Assembly: GCA_965371515.1 (NCBI GenBank)
Contig: CBDUYR010000033.1
Span: forward strand, 1 to 28,579
Source: an uncultured bacterium
GTDB taxonomy: Bacteria > Krumholzibacteriota > Krumholzibacteriia > Krumholzibacteriales > Krumholzibacteriaceae
Reading direction: 5' to 3'
Length of the DNA: 28,579 nucleotides
In this document: one piece after another, positions 1 to 9,197 of the stretch
Position numbering within the stretch: position 1 is the first letter of the stretch
How the letters are laid out: the number at the start of each line of letters is the position of its first letter
Program-made: the position numbers and the translations under genes
The notes under the pieces: model-generated
The model's input: only the letters and a program-made list of their open reading frames with translations
Told to the model about the DNA's origin: nothing
Database searches by the model: none

Positions 1-989
1 ATCATGTGCTTGCGCGTAAGAGGAGCATTGTCAGTCTCTTGCGCCGGTTTCTTCCTGGATGACATGAAGAAGAAATAGCTGCCGTCGGGGGATACGTACG
101 GGGAGTACTCGAGGCCGCCCTCCGTGTTGACCGGCTCGCCCATATTGATGAGGGCGCTCCAGCGGTCGTCCTGGTCGCGGAAGGTTATATAGTAGTCGGT
201 GGAGCCGAAGGAATCCTTCCTCCCGAATACGCAGACGATCAGGTATCGCTCCTCAGGGTCTATGAAGGCGTTGAACTGCGCCGAGGTAGTGTTGACGCGG
301 CCGGGGAGCTGTTCAGGTTCCTCGAACCCGTCGCCCGCCGCCCGCGCACGGAATATCCTGCTTACCCTGGTGTCCGGTTCCTCGCGTGTGAAGTATATCG
401 TCCCGTTTCTCGTGACCGACGGGAAATACTCGGGCGCATCGGTGTTTACTGGCAGGCCGAGGTTATACGCGTCCGACCAGCCTTCCGCTGTTCTATCGGA
501 GACCCAGATATCCTGGTCGCCGCCTTCCTCGCCGGCAGCGGTATCGGGCCTGTTTGAAATAAAGAAGAAGCGCGAACCGTCAGGATGGACGAACGGCTCG
601 ATGTTCATCCAGGCGGGATCGCACGCGAAGTCGAGCGCCTTCGGCCTGCTCCACCCTCCGTTTTCGAGGCGCGTCCCGAATATCGCCGTGTAGGCGTAGT
701 TACCGACTACCGAGCAGAAATAGATCTCCGAACCGTCCGGGGTCATAGCCAGGTCGCGGGTATAGAGCCCCGTGCTGACGATCCCTTCGGCGAATATGAC
801 AGGCTCGGTTCCGGGAAGTTCCTGCCCCAGATACGGTCCCCCGGATGAGGCAGATCCTCTGCCCGTTCCGTCGTTCAGGCCGGAACATCCGGTCAGTAGA
901 AGTGCAGAGGCTGCAATAATCAGTAAGGCGGCCCGGACTGTATCTGTTCCACTCAATTTCCGGTCCTTTCGATAGCGTTGTCTTTTCAT
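1..989 (-). CDS. PD40/TolB-like beta-propeller lipoprotein, partial (runs off the left edge)
   Basis: Not in the ORF track; translated by hand from ATG 989, which overlaps the upstream TGA (ATGA). Reads MKRQRYRKDRKLSGTDTVRAALLIIAASALLLTGC (lipobox), then GPYLGQELPG..IFAEGIVST, PFVHPDGSRFFFISNRP, DIWVS..WSDAYNLGLPVNT, YSPYVSPDGSYFFFMS. Open to position 1. Alternative TTG start at 956. Confidence 0.85.
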   Translation of the reverse strand, partial: MKRQRYRKDRKLSGTDTVRAALLIIAASALLLTGCSGLNDGTGRGSASSGGPYLGQELPGTEPVIFAEGIVSTGLYTRDLAMTPDGSEIYFCSVVGNYAYTAIFGTRLENGGWSRPKALDFACDPAWMNIEPFVHPDGSRFFFISNRPDTAAGEEGGDQDIWVSDRTAEGWSDAYNLGLPVNTDAPEYFPSVTRNGTIYFTREEPDTRVSRIFRARAAGDGFEEPEQLPGRVNTTSAQFNAFIDPEERYLIVCVFGRKDSFGSTDYYITFRDQDDRWSALINMGEPVNTEGGLEYSPYVSPDGSYFFFMSSRKKPAQETDNAPLTRKHM

Positions 990-2764
990 CGCGCACCTTC
1001 TACGAGACCGTAATAGAGCACGGTGCCGAGTGAGCCCACGACGAATATATCGGTGTTCGAGGTTCCCCACACGGCCCGTAGATGCTGTCCCGAACCGCAA
1101 TCCTCGGACGTCCATGAATCTCCGTCGTACCTGATCACTGTGCCGTATTCACCGACGGCTATTACGTCGTCCGCCGCAAATCCCCAGATCCCGTAGAGTG
1201 GCCTCGTTGTGGGTGTGTCCATAAGTTCCCACTCTACTCCATTGAAATGCAGGACCGTGCCGTTCATCCCCACGGCAAAGATGTTTTCCGCGGAGCTGCC
1301 CCAGATATCGAGGAGCTGCATGTCGAAGCCGCTTTCCATCGGTGTCCAGATATCTTCGACGAGGCGGAATATCCTTCCTCCACTCCCGACGGTGAAGATG
1401 TCACCCGGCTCCGGTCCCCAGACCCCCCGCAGCAACTCGAGGTCGGGAATTCCGGCCACCGTCCATTCGGAACCGTCGAAATGGTATATCCGCCCGTATG
1501 CTCCGACTCCCCATACGTCCGTCTCGTCGAATCCCCATATGCCGTGTATCGCACTGATCCCTGTAATTGTTGCATCGTTCCAATCCGTTCCGTCGAAAAT
1601 CAATGTCTTTCCGCCTTCACCGACGGCCATCATCCAGTTCTCATACATTCCCCAGAGTCCATGGAGGTCGGCAGTCGTGACCGATGATTCTACTTTCCAG
1701 ACATCGCGGTCGAAATGCAGAATGGCACCCGTCTGGCCGACGGCGAACACGTGTTTGCCGGCGCCGAAGACAGAATAGAGGTGAGCATACGTGGTGCGGG
1801 AATCCATATGCCATTCATCGCCGTCGTATTGGAGGATTACGCCCGGAGAACCTACACAGTATACCTCGTCGCCGCAGGCCCAGACACCTTCGAGAGAGAT
1901 GGTATACTCAATGAACGACGGGTTCCACTGCTCCCCGTCGAATATCAGGATCGTCCCGTTGTCTCCGACGGCGTAGATCTCATTCCCGGAGACGCCGAAG
2001 ACATCCCTCAACGGATGGGGCGTTCCGCTGTTCATAGTCGTCCATCCGCCTCCGGAGTAACGGACGATGAATCCGGCGAGCCCGACGACATAAACGTTCC
2101 CGTCCGGATCGGCCCATACTCCGTTGAACCATGCCCTGTAAGGGGTCCAGATCTTCTTCCATTCATTCCCGTTGAAGTGCAGGACGGTGCCGCTGTTGCC
2201 TACGGCGTAGACGTTGTTGGCTGAGGTGCCCCAGACGTCGTTGAGGTCGACTGAAGTCCCGCTTTCCATCAGATTCCAGCGCGAACCGTTAAACCTGATG
2301 ATCTTGCCCGACCTGCCCACCGCGAAGACATTGGAGGAAGATGAGCCCCAGACCGACAGGAGTTCACTTGATACAGGGGTCGAGCGTTGGGACCAGTCGC
2401 CGTCGTACTCGAGCGCTATTCCCGATTCGCCGACGGCGTACAGCACTCCGCTCCCGTCTCCCCAGATGCCGTTGAGGTCGGAGTTCGTTCCCGTGAGCAT
2501 CGGTCTCCAACCCTCGCCGTTCGAACAGTAGGCTGTTCCCTCATCGCCCACCGCGTATACCGTGGAGCCGCACGAGCCCCAGACCGCCCTGAGCGGTTTT
2601 CCCGAAAGGAGCGTCGTCCATCTTATGGTCGGGTCGGGAGACGGGTCCCCGTTGTCGGGAATGTATGGAGCATCTTCGCTTGAGCACGAAGGGACAAGCG
2701 CGATAAGGGCCATGATTACCGCCGCGCGGGCGAGTCGGGTGAGATCGATTGAACGAGCGTCCAT
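986..2764 (-). CDS. Lipoprotein with 14 tandem ~39-aa repeats (probable double beta-propeller)
   Basis: 592 aa; lipobox-like ALVPSC; 14 repeats of consensus L-x-g-(V/I)-W-G-x5-(V/I)-(Y/F)-A-V-G-x2-G-x-(I/V)-x2-(Y/F)-(D/N)-G-x2-W. Confidence 0.8.
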   Translation of the reverse strand: MDARSIDLTRLARAAVIMALIALVPSCSSEDAPYIPDNGDPSPDPTIRWTTLLSGKPLRAVWGSCGSTVYAVGDEGTAYCSNGEGWRPMLTGTNSDLNGIWGDGSGVLYAVGESGIALEYDGDWSQRSTPVSSELLSVWGSSSSNVFAVGRSGKIIRFNGSRWNLMESGTSVDLNDVWGTSANNVYAVGNSGTVLHFNGNEWKKIWTPYRAWFNGVWADPDGNVYVVGLAGFIVRYSGGGWTTMNSGTPHPLRDVFGVSGNEIYAVGDNGTILIFDGEQWNPSFIEYTISLEGVWACGDEVYCVGSPGVILQYDGDEWHMDSRTTYAHLYSVFGAGKHVFAVGQTGAILHFDRDVWKVESSVTTADLHGLWGMYENWMMAVGEGGKTLIFDGTDWNDATITGISAIHGIWGFDETDVWGVGAYGRIYHFDGSEWTVAGIPDLELLRGVWGPEPGDIFTVGSGGRIFRLVEDIWTPMESGFDMQLLDIWGSSAENIFAVGMNGTVLHFNGVEWELMDTPTTRPLYGIWGFAADDVIAVGEYGTVIRYDGDSWTSEDCGSGQHLRAVWGTSNTDIFVVGSLGTVLYYGLVEGAR

Positions 2765-2770
2765 AAGTTA

Positions 2771-2799
2771 AAAATACGTTGGAAGGACGGGAGAGTCAA
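2771..2799 (-). promoter_or_regulatory. Putative sigma70 promoter TTGACT-N17-TATTTT (candidate leaderless transcript)
   Basis: The -35 overlaps the lemA stop codon; the -10 ends 6 nt before ATG 2764; no Shine-Dalgarno sequence. Confidence 0.5.
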
Positions 2800-3320
2800 C
2801 CGGGAAGCCCGAAGTATTCCATCTCGCCGGCCCCGGCGAACCTCGCGACGAGAGTATTGGGGAAGGTGCTGATCGCCGTGTTGTGGATCATGACGGTGTC
2901 GTTGTAGAACTGCCGCGAGAAGCGGATGTCATCCTCGAGCTTCGTGAGGTCTCTCTGCAGCTCGAGAAACAGGGTGTCGGCCCTGAGCGAGGGATAGGCC
3001 TCGGCGACGGCGAAGAGAGATTTCAGGGAGGTGTCGAGGCCGTCCTCAGCTACGGCCTTTTCGCGGTTCGACCCGGCCCCAACGGCGGCGGCCCTGGCCG
3101 CCGTGACCTTTTCGAGAGTCTCCTGCTCGTGAGTGGCGTAGCTCCTGACGGTGTCGACGAGTCTCGGGACGAGTTCGTGCCGTTTCTGTATCTGGATGTC
3201 TATCTGCGACAGGGCATTCACGCACCTGTTCCTGAGGGTGACGAACCTGTTGTACGTCAGTATGATCCAGATGCCCGCGCCAACGGCGAGCGCGATGACG
3301 ATTATCTTCGCCGGGCCCAT
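2796..3320 (-). CDS. lemA: LemA family protein
   Basis: Start reassigned to ATG 3320 (AAAGGA upstream). N-terminal TM segment, then YNRFVTLRN..SQIDIQIQKRHELVPRLV, AVAEAYPSLRAD, RQFYNDTV..N..I.TFP: LemA motifs. Confidence 0.93.
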   Translation of the reverse strand: MGPAKIIVIALAVGAGIWIILTYNRFVTLRNRCVNALSQIDIQIQKRHELVPRLVDTVRSYATHEQETLEKVTAARAAAVGAGSNREKAVAEDGLDTSLKSLFAVAEAYPSLRADTLFLELQRDLTKLEDDIRFSRQFYNDTVMIHNTAISTFPNTLVARFAGAGEMEYFGLPG

Positions 3321-3342
3321 GCGATGTATTCCTTTCCGTCTA

Positions 3343-5244
3343 TCAGCCGGCGCCGCTTCCACCGCCGCCTCCACCACCGCCGCCTCCTCCGCTGAATCCG
3401 CCTCCCGACGAGGTGGATGTGGACATGGCGGATGCGAGGCTCTCGAGGTTGGCCAGCGAAGCACTCATCGAGTCGAGGGACGAGAGCCCCTCGCCCACGG
3501 CGCCCGGTTCAAAGGATGAAGCGACGACAGGGTGGAACCATACGGCCATCGGCACAGGTGTATTGTGCTCGGCCGCGACGAGTCTGAGGTTCTTGATCAG
3601 CTTGTCCGCCACTCCGAGCGCGACGGCGTAGACGAGGTAGTGTTCCCATAGAGGGATGAGGGACGGCCCCGCGTCCTTCATCGCCGAGAAATCGCTCATG
3701 AATCTTTTAAACGCCTTCCATTTCTCGTATTCGAGGGCAGCTTCACGCGTTCTCCTGGCAATGGGAATAGACAGAAGGATTCCCGCGATGATGAAGAGGG
3801 GAGCGAAACCAAACAGGATCGGGCTTTTCAGGCCGCCCAGATAGAGGAGGGCGAATATCAGGCCGAAACCGATCGATATCGCTATGAAACCCTTTCTTGC
3901 CTTCTCGCTCACAGGATCGTCTATGCTGTAATGCTTCTTCTCGAAAGACTTCCTCAGCTTTTTCGCTCTCTCGTCGATGAAGCGCCTGTAGTTCGTCTTC
4001 GATCCGCTCGTCTTCTTCGCCCACTTTTCGACCTCGTCGCTGGTGACCGTGCTTCCACTTCCCGCTTCACGGAAGACGGCGTAGAGAGCGTCTTTTTCGA
4101 ACTGGATCAGGGGGCGCTCGCCTTCAGACGGTATGTAACTGTCCATCAGGAGTTGCTTACCCTTTTCGGTGAGCTCATACTCGAGCCCCTTGCTCTTGAA
4201 GAGGAGGATCTTCTTCTCAGTTTCCCTGATCTCGATATATCCCAGTCTGGCGCTCTCGATAAGGGCCGACGAGAAGGCCTTGCCCATCTCGGTCGTCTGG
4301 ACCCCGCTCTGCGTGAGGATAGCGGGGAGAATGCAGGGGGGGATATCCTGTGGAGGGTCCCGCTCGTAATCGTGGTCGTAACCGGTGTCCGGCTCTTTCC
4401 CGAACTTTATGAATAACCATATGTAGAGGGCAATGAACACCGCTAAGAGGGCGGCGCCGACGACGATGGAGATCTTTGTCGATCTCCTGCTCTGGATGGC
4501 CCTTTCGATCCTTGCCTGCTCCTGCATCCGCCAATGCTCCGTTTCGATCCTCTCGTCCTCGAGCAGCGAGCCGTGGGACTCTCCGGAAAGGAGGGGGGCA
4601 TCGGGGAATATGTCCGGATCGAGGAGGACCCTGAGCTCGACGAAATCGTTCGCGCTGACTCCTGAGAGTTCCACGCGGGCGTTGCTGAAGTCCTTCGCGA
4701 AATTGAGGCTGCCGGGGGGCGTCTGCGTGTGTATGAACACCTTGAAAAGGTAAGGGCTCGGCTCAGGAGGTATGATGGCCGCCGTGACGTTCCTTATGTA
4801 TGCGTGGTTTTCTCCGACGATATGCCAGTAGAACTGGGCGGCGTCCATGTATCTCTGGACCGCGCCGCTTATCCGGTATTTTATCAGAAAACGCCTCGTC
4901 GTATTTTTCGCCGAGTAGTGCCACTTCACCCCTTCATATCCGTTCTTCTCGTATGTCTCGTGTCGGAGCTGCTCGCCGGAGTCGGCGTCCCAGACGCCGT
5001 GGAACTCTACGTCGTACGTGCCGTATTTCCCCCGCGTGCCCTTCTCGATATAGGCCCAGGAGAAAGATCCGTCAAAGCTGAACGCTCTTGTCTCCTCTAT
5101 CTCGGCGCTTCCGTCGGGGAGGAATGTTATCTCGAAATCGATGGACGGGTGGCTGTAGCTCTTGTCGGCAAGGGCCGGGTGCGGTGATGCGGCAAGCATC
5201 AGGATCACTGCGGCAGCCGCGGCGGCAAACAGGGGCGATCTCAT
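3343..5244 (-). CDS. DUF2207 family membrane protein
   Basis: 633 aa; signal peptide, DGSAEIEE N-domain, three TM segments, W.AFKRF..DFS..WEHYLVYAVALGVA motif and Gly-rich tail SSGGGFSGGGGGGGGGG; adjacent to lemA as is typical. Confidence 0.9.
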   Translation of the reverse strand: MRSPLFAAAAAAVILMLAASPHPALADKSYSHPSIDFEITFLPDGSAEIEETRAFSFDGSFSWAYIEKGTRGKYGTYDVEFHGVWDADSGEQLRHETYEKNGYEGVKWHYSAKNTTRRFLIKYRISGAVQRYMDAAQFYWHIVGENHAYIRNVTAAIIPPEPSPYLFKVFIHTQTPPGSLNFAKDFSNARVELSGVSANDFVELRVLLDPDIFPDAPLLSGESHGSLLEDERIETEHWRMQEQARIERAIQSRRSTKISIVVGAALLAVFIALYIWLFIKFGKEPDTGYDHDYERDPPQDIPPCILPAILTQSGVQTTEMGKAFSSALIESARLGYIEIRETEKKILLFKSKGLEYELTEKGKQLLMDSYIPSEGERPLIQFEKDALYAVFREAGSGSTVTSDEVEKWAKKTSGSKTNYRRFIDERAKKLRKSFEKKHYSIDDPVSEKARKGFIAISIGFGLIFALLYLGGLKSPILFGFAPLFIIAGILLSIPIARRTREAALEYEKWKAFKRFMSDFSAMKDAGPSLIPLWEHYLVYAVALGVADKLIKNLRLVAAEHNTPVPMAVWFHPVVASSFEPGAVGEGLSSLDSMSASLANLESLASAMSTSTSSGGGFSGGGGGGGGGGGSGAG

Positions 5245-5278
5245 TTGAACCTCCAGAAGACAAGCCGTGTCTGCGGCA

Positions 5279-5307
5279 ATCGTATGTCAGCCGCGGGGAA
5301 CGGTCAA
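5279..5307 (-). promoter_or_regulatory. Putative sigma70 promoter for DUF2207-lemA, TTGACC-N17-TACGAT
   Basis: Near-consensus hexamers with a 17-nt spacer, upstream of GGAGG and ATG 5244. Confidence 0.55.
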
Positions 5308-5371
5308 TTCAAAGATGTTGTCCATGACTTTTACACCGTTGAAGGCGGGTATATTCGAACTACGAATCGTT

Positions 5372-5400
5372 TTGACAGCCTGCGCCGGTGAGGTTAGTCT
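5372..5400 (+). promoter_or_regulatory. Putative sigma70 promoter for gatCAB, TTGACA-N17-TAGTCT
   Basis: Perfect -35, 17-nt spacer, TAnnnT -10, 26 nt before the gatC start. Confidence 0.6.
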
Positions 5401-5426
5401 CTCGGAGGCGGGAAAGAAAGGACGAC

Positions 5427-5735
5427 TTGAAACTGACCGACATGGAATTCAACGACCTCGAGGCCCTCGCCAGGGTGGATCTCGAACCGGAAGAGCGTGA
5501 CAGGCTCAGACTCCAGCTCGACAGGATCATCGGGTTCTTCAGGAAGCTGCAGGAGGTAGAGACCTCTGAAACGGATGGGAGCGGAGCGGGCGGCGGGACT
5601 GTGACGCAGCCCGCAGCCGATGTGCCCGGAGATTGCCTTGACAGGGAAGAGGTGCTCGGCCAGGCCCCCGACCGTGAGGGAGGATTCTTCCGCGTACCTT
5701 CCGTCATCGACCGGGAAGATGGGGGAGGATCATGA
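5427..5735 (+). CDS. gatC: Asp-tRNA(Asn)/Glu-tRNA(Gln) amidotransferase subunit C
   Basis: TTG start after AAGGA; LARVDL..EE....QL..IIGFF..LQEV and LGQAP....FFRVPSVI; ATGA overlap with gatA. Confidence 0.9.
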   Translation: MKLTDMEFNDLEALARVDLEPEERDRLRLQLDRIIGFFRKLQEVETSETDGSGAGGGTVTQPAADVPGDCLDREEVLGQAPDREGGFFRVPSVIDREDGGGS

Positions 5736-7195
5736 GCGGACTTGCCGGAAAGAGTGTCGGCGAGCTCCTCTCGCTGTACCGCGATGGCGCGGCAAGACCG
5801 GTGGATGTTGTCGGCGAATGCCTCGACGCGATCGATTCTCGCGACCGGGTCGCTGGAGCGTTCCTCGAGGTCTTCCGTGACGCGGCAATCGCGAGGGCTG
5901 AAGAACTCGGGAAGGAAGACCCAGGTGGGCTGCCTCTCTACGGCATCCCGGTTGCGGTAAAAGACAACATCTGTACGCGCGGCTTTCCGACCACATGCGG
6001 CTCGAAGATACTCGGGGGGTACCGGCCCCCTTACGACGCAACTGCCGTCGAAAGACTGACGGCCGCAGGCGCGATAATCATCGGAAAGACAAACATGGAC
6101 GAGTTCGCGATGGGCTCGTCGAACGAATACTCAGCCTTCGGCAGCGTGAGAAATCCGTGGAACGAGGAATGTGCGCCGGGAGGCTCGAGCGGTGGCTCGG
6201 CCGCTGCCGTAGCCGCAGGGATGGTGCCGGCGGCGCTCGGGTCGGATACGGGCGGCTCTATACGGCAGCCCGCATCGTTCTGCGGGGTTACCGGGCTTAA
6301 GGGGACGTACGGGAGGATATCGAGGTATGGCCTTGTGGCATTCGCCAGCAGCTTCGACCAGATAGGCCCGATAGCAAACGATGCCGAGGGATGCGCGCTG
6401 CTCATGCAGGCGCTCGCGGGTTACGACGGAAAGGATTCCACGGCTATCGAAGAGGACTGCCCCGACCTGCTCTCCGGCCTGGATGCAGGGCTCGCCGGCC
6501 TGTCGTTCGGGATCCCGGAGGAGCTCGGAGGATGGGACCTGGATCCGGCGGTGGCCTCCGCCCTCGACGAATCTTCGCGTGCTGTCGCAGCATCGGGCGC
6601 CGCTCAGGAAACAGTCCCGCTCCCCGGGATGGAGACCTCAATAGCGTGCTACTATGTGATAGCGAACGCCGAGGCGTCCTCGAACCTCGCCAGGTTTGAC
6701 GGCATCCGGTACGGGATGAGAGAGGACGCCGGTTCTATAGGATCGCTCTATATTTCGACGAGGACGGCCGGATTCGGCGAAGAGGTAAAGCGCAGGATCC
6801 TGCTCGGCACTTATGTCCTCTCGGCGGGATATTACGACGCTTACTACGGCAAGGCTCTCTCGGTCAGGGAGATGATAAAGAAAGCTTACTGCGATGTCTT
6901 CTCCAGGATCGATCTCCTGATGCTGCCCGCTACGCCAGGGCCGGCATTCCGACTCGGAGAGAAGATTGATGATCCCGTCGCGATGTACCTTTCCGATATT
7001 TTTACAACACCGGCAAACCTGGTCGGACTGCCCGCGATCTCGATACCGGCCGGGCTGTCTGCCGACGGTCTGCCGGTAGGCGTACAGCTCGTAGCGGCCG
7101 CGGGCAGGGAGGATGTGCTGCTCAGGGGAGCAAGGGGGCTGGAGAAGATCTTCCGTTTCAGGGAGAGATTTGTTTCCTGCGGAGGTGATGTCTGA
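5732..7195 (+). CDS. gatA: Amidotransferase subunit A
   Basis: Amidase signature VAVKDN, GKTNMDEFAMGSS, PGGSSGGSAAAVA, GSDTGGSIRQPA; GatA-specific EVKRRILLGTYVLSAGYYDAYY. Confidence 0.97.
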   Translation: MSGLAGKSVGELLSLYRDGAARPVDVVGECLDAIDSRDRVAGAFLEVFRDAAIARAEELGKEDPGGLPLYGIPVAVKDNICTRGFPTTCGSKILGGYRPPYDATAVERLTAAGAIIIGKTNMDEFAMGSSNEYSAFGSVRNPWNEECAPGGSSGGSAAAVAAGMVPAALGSDTGGSIRQPASFCGVTGLKGTYGRISRYGLVAFASSFDQIGPIANDAEGCALLMQALAGYDGKDSTAIEEDCPDLLSGLDAGLAGLSFGIPEELGGWDLDPAVASALDESSRAVAASGAAQETVPLPGMETSIACYYVIANAEASSNLARFDGIRYGMREDAGSIGSLYISTRTAGFGEEVKRRILLGTYVLSAGYYDAYYGKALSVREMIKKAYCDVFSRIDLLMLPATPGPAFRLGEKIDDPVAMYLSDIFTTPANLVGLPAISIPAGLSADGLPVGVQLVAAAGREDVLLRGARGLEKIFRFRERFVSCGGDV

Positions 7196-8634
7196 TGACG
7201 GGGAGCACTGGATACGTCCCGGTGATCGGGCTGGAGGTTCACGCCCAGCTGCTTACTCGCACGAAGATGTTCTGCCGCTGCCCCGCCGCTTACGGTGAGG
7301 AGCCGAATACCATGGTCTGTCCCGTCTGCCTGGGCCTGCCGGGGGCACTTCCTTCCGTCAATCGCGAGGCCGTCTCGATGGCCGTCAGACTCGGACTTGC
7401 CCTCGGGTGCGAGATAGAGAGGGAGAGCGTCTTCGCGAGGAAGAACTACTTCTACCCCGATGCGCCGAGGAACTACCAGATCACGATGTATGAGAGGCCC
7501 CTGTGCACCGGCGGCAACCTCGTCTTCGAGGATGAGGGGACGGAGGTGAATGTCGGACTCGAACAGATCCACCTCGAGGACGACGCGGGAAAACTCATCC
7601 ACGGCCGCGGGGGGCACAGCCTGATCGACTTCAACAGGTGCGGCGTGCCGCTCGTAGAGATCGTGACACGACCCGAGATACATAGCCCGCGTCAGGCGTC
7701 ACTCGTCCTTCGGCGGTTCAGGCAGCTGCTTCGTTATCTCGAGATATGCGACGGCAACCTCGAGGAAGGATCGATGCGCGTCGATGTCAACATATCCCTG
7801 AGGAGGAGAGACGACGATGAACTCGGGACGAGGACCGAGATCAAGAACCTCAATTCTTTCAAGGCGGTCGAGGCTGGTCTCGAGATCGAGATAGAACGTC
7901 AGCGGGATGAGCTCGAGTCGGGAAGGACGATCGTCCAGGTAACGAATCTATGGGACGCGAGGGAGAGGAAGCTCGTCACGATGCGTCGCAAGGAGGGGGC
8001 TCACGACTACAGGTACTTCCCCGAGCCCGATCTTCCCGTCCTCGCGGTCGGCGACGGATGGATCGAGGAAGAGAGGGCGAAGATACCGGAACTGCCCCTC
8101 GACCGTGAACGCAGGTTCCGGAATGAATACGGCCTGCCCTCCTATGACGCCGGCGTCCTGACGGCAGAGAGCGACATCGCTGATTATTACGAGGAGACGG
8201 CAAGGCTGACCGGAGAACCGAAGACGAGCGCCAACTGGGTGATGAGGGACGTAATGCGCGAGATCAAATCCACAGGAGGAGATATCGGGGTATTCCCCGC
8301 AGGCCCTGCAGCGCTCGCCGGGCTGATAGATCTCGTCAAGGACGGTGTGGTATCGACCTCGGCAGGCGTGGAGATATTCACCGCCATGCTTGAGTCGGGC
8401 GAAAGCGCGGCCGCTGCGGTAAAGCGCCTCGGGCTCGAACGCATATCGGAGGAAGACGAGCTTGAAACGATCGTCGATCGCGTCCTCGAATCGAACCCGG
8501 ACGAGATGGAGCGTTATCACAGTGGGAAAAAGCAGCTGATGCAGTTCTTCGTCGGGCAGGTGATGAAGGAGAGCGGCGGGAAGGCCGACCCCGTGATCGT
8601 AAGCACGATCCTGCGAAGAAAACTCGGCGAGTGA
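7195..8634 (+). CDS. gatB: Amidotransferase subunit B
   Basis: IGLEVHAQL, CPVCLGLPGALP, RKNYFYPD, HLEDDAGK, DFNRCGVPLVEIV, EIKNLNSF, DYRYFPEPDL, FFVGQVMK..GGKADP. Confidence 0.98.
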   Translation: MTGSTGYVPVIGLEVHAQLLTRTKMFCRCPAAYGEEPNTMVCPVCLGLPGALPSVNREAVSMAVRLGLALGCEIERESVFARKNYFYPDAPRNYQITMYERPLCTGGNLVFEDEGTEVNVGLEQIHLEDDAGKLIHGRGGHSLIDFNRCGVPLVEIVTRPEIHSPRQASLVLRRFRQLLRYLEICDGNLEEGSMRVDVNISLRRRDDDELGTRTEIKNLNSFKAVEAGLEIEIERQRDELESGRTIVQVTNLWDARERKLVTMRRKEGAHDYRYFPEPDLPVLAVGDGWIEEERAKIPELPLDRERRFRNEYGLPSYDAGVLTAESDIADYYEETARLTGEPKTSANWVMRDVMREIKSTGGDIGVFPAGPAALAGLIDLVKDGVVSTSAGVEIFTAMLESGESAAAAVKRLGLERISEEDELETIVDRVLESNPDEMERYHSGKKQLMQFFVGQVMKESGGKADPVIVSTILRRKLGE

Positions 8635-8642
8635 CCTGATGC

Positions 8643-9197
8643 TCAGCGAAGTGTCTTGAGCGCCGCCACCGTACCGGCGGTGAATACCAGCAGCCCGAAT
8701 CCGATCATCCCCATTGCCAGGATCCAGGGATCCCCGGACATAGTCGCTTCGATCTGGTTGAATATTCCGGCGATCACTCCGCTCGCGGCAACGATCCAGT
8801 AGTCCATCGACCTTCCTGCGGAATCTATGAGCGATTCCTGTCCGGACATGAGGGCGGACACGTAATCGAAGCGGCTGACCAGCAGTATCAGTGCTGCAGT
8901 GGTTACGGCGAAGGCCCACACGAGGGACATGCGGCGGAAGATCGCCGCCACGCTAGTCCGATTCTCGAGGCCGAGGCTGCCGGACACATTCGCCGCGACG
9001 GTGCGGGGGTCGGGAAGCAGATCGGGCATCGTGGAGAGGGAACTCTCCAGCGCCCGGTATGTCTCGAGCGACTTCAGGCATTCGTCGCATCCGGCCAGAT
9101 GGGAGGATACCGCAGCTGCATCCTCGGCGGAGAGCTCGCCGTCGATATAGAGGGGCAGGAGCTCTTCTATATTATTACATTCCATTGATCGCTTCAC
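8643..9197 (-). CDS. Zinc-finger (zf-HC2/ZAS) membrane anti-sigma factor
   Basis: C..IEELLPLYIDGEL...HLAGCDEC (HxxxCxxC) followed by hydrophobic segments. GTG 9197 follows AGGAGG (ATG 9185 is an alternative). Overlaps the sigma gene end. Confidence 0.88.
   Translation of the reverse strand: MKRSMECNNIEELLPLYIDGELSAEDAAAVSSHLAGCDECLKSLETYRALESSLSTMPDLLPDPRTVAANVSGSLGLENRTSVAAIFRRMSLVWAFAVTTAALILLVSRFDYVSALMSGQESLIDSAGRSMDYWIVAASGVIAGIFNQIEATMSGDPWILAMGMIGFGLLVFTAGTVAALKTLR

Noticed and set aside
199..996. ORF-track calls at 199-693, 585-848, 700-996 and 772-975
   Set aside because: All overlap the PD40 lipoprotein on the minus strand (1-989), which the track missed because its stop lies outside the window.
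1000..2600. CRISPR-like or DNA tandem array from the ~117-nt periodicity
   Set aside because: The repeats are degenerate in DNA and conserved only at protein level within one ORF.
3346..3410. (CCG/CCA)n low-complexity tract as a DNA repeat element
   Set aside because: It encodes the Gly-rich tail typical of DUF2207 proteins.
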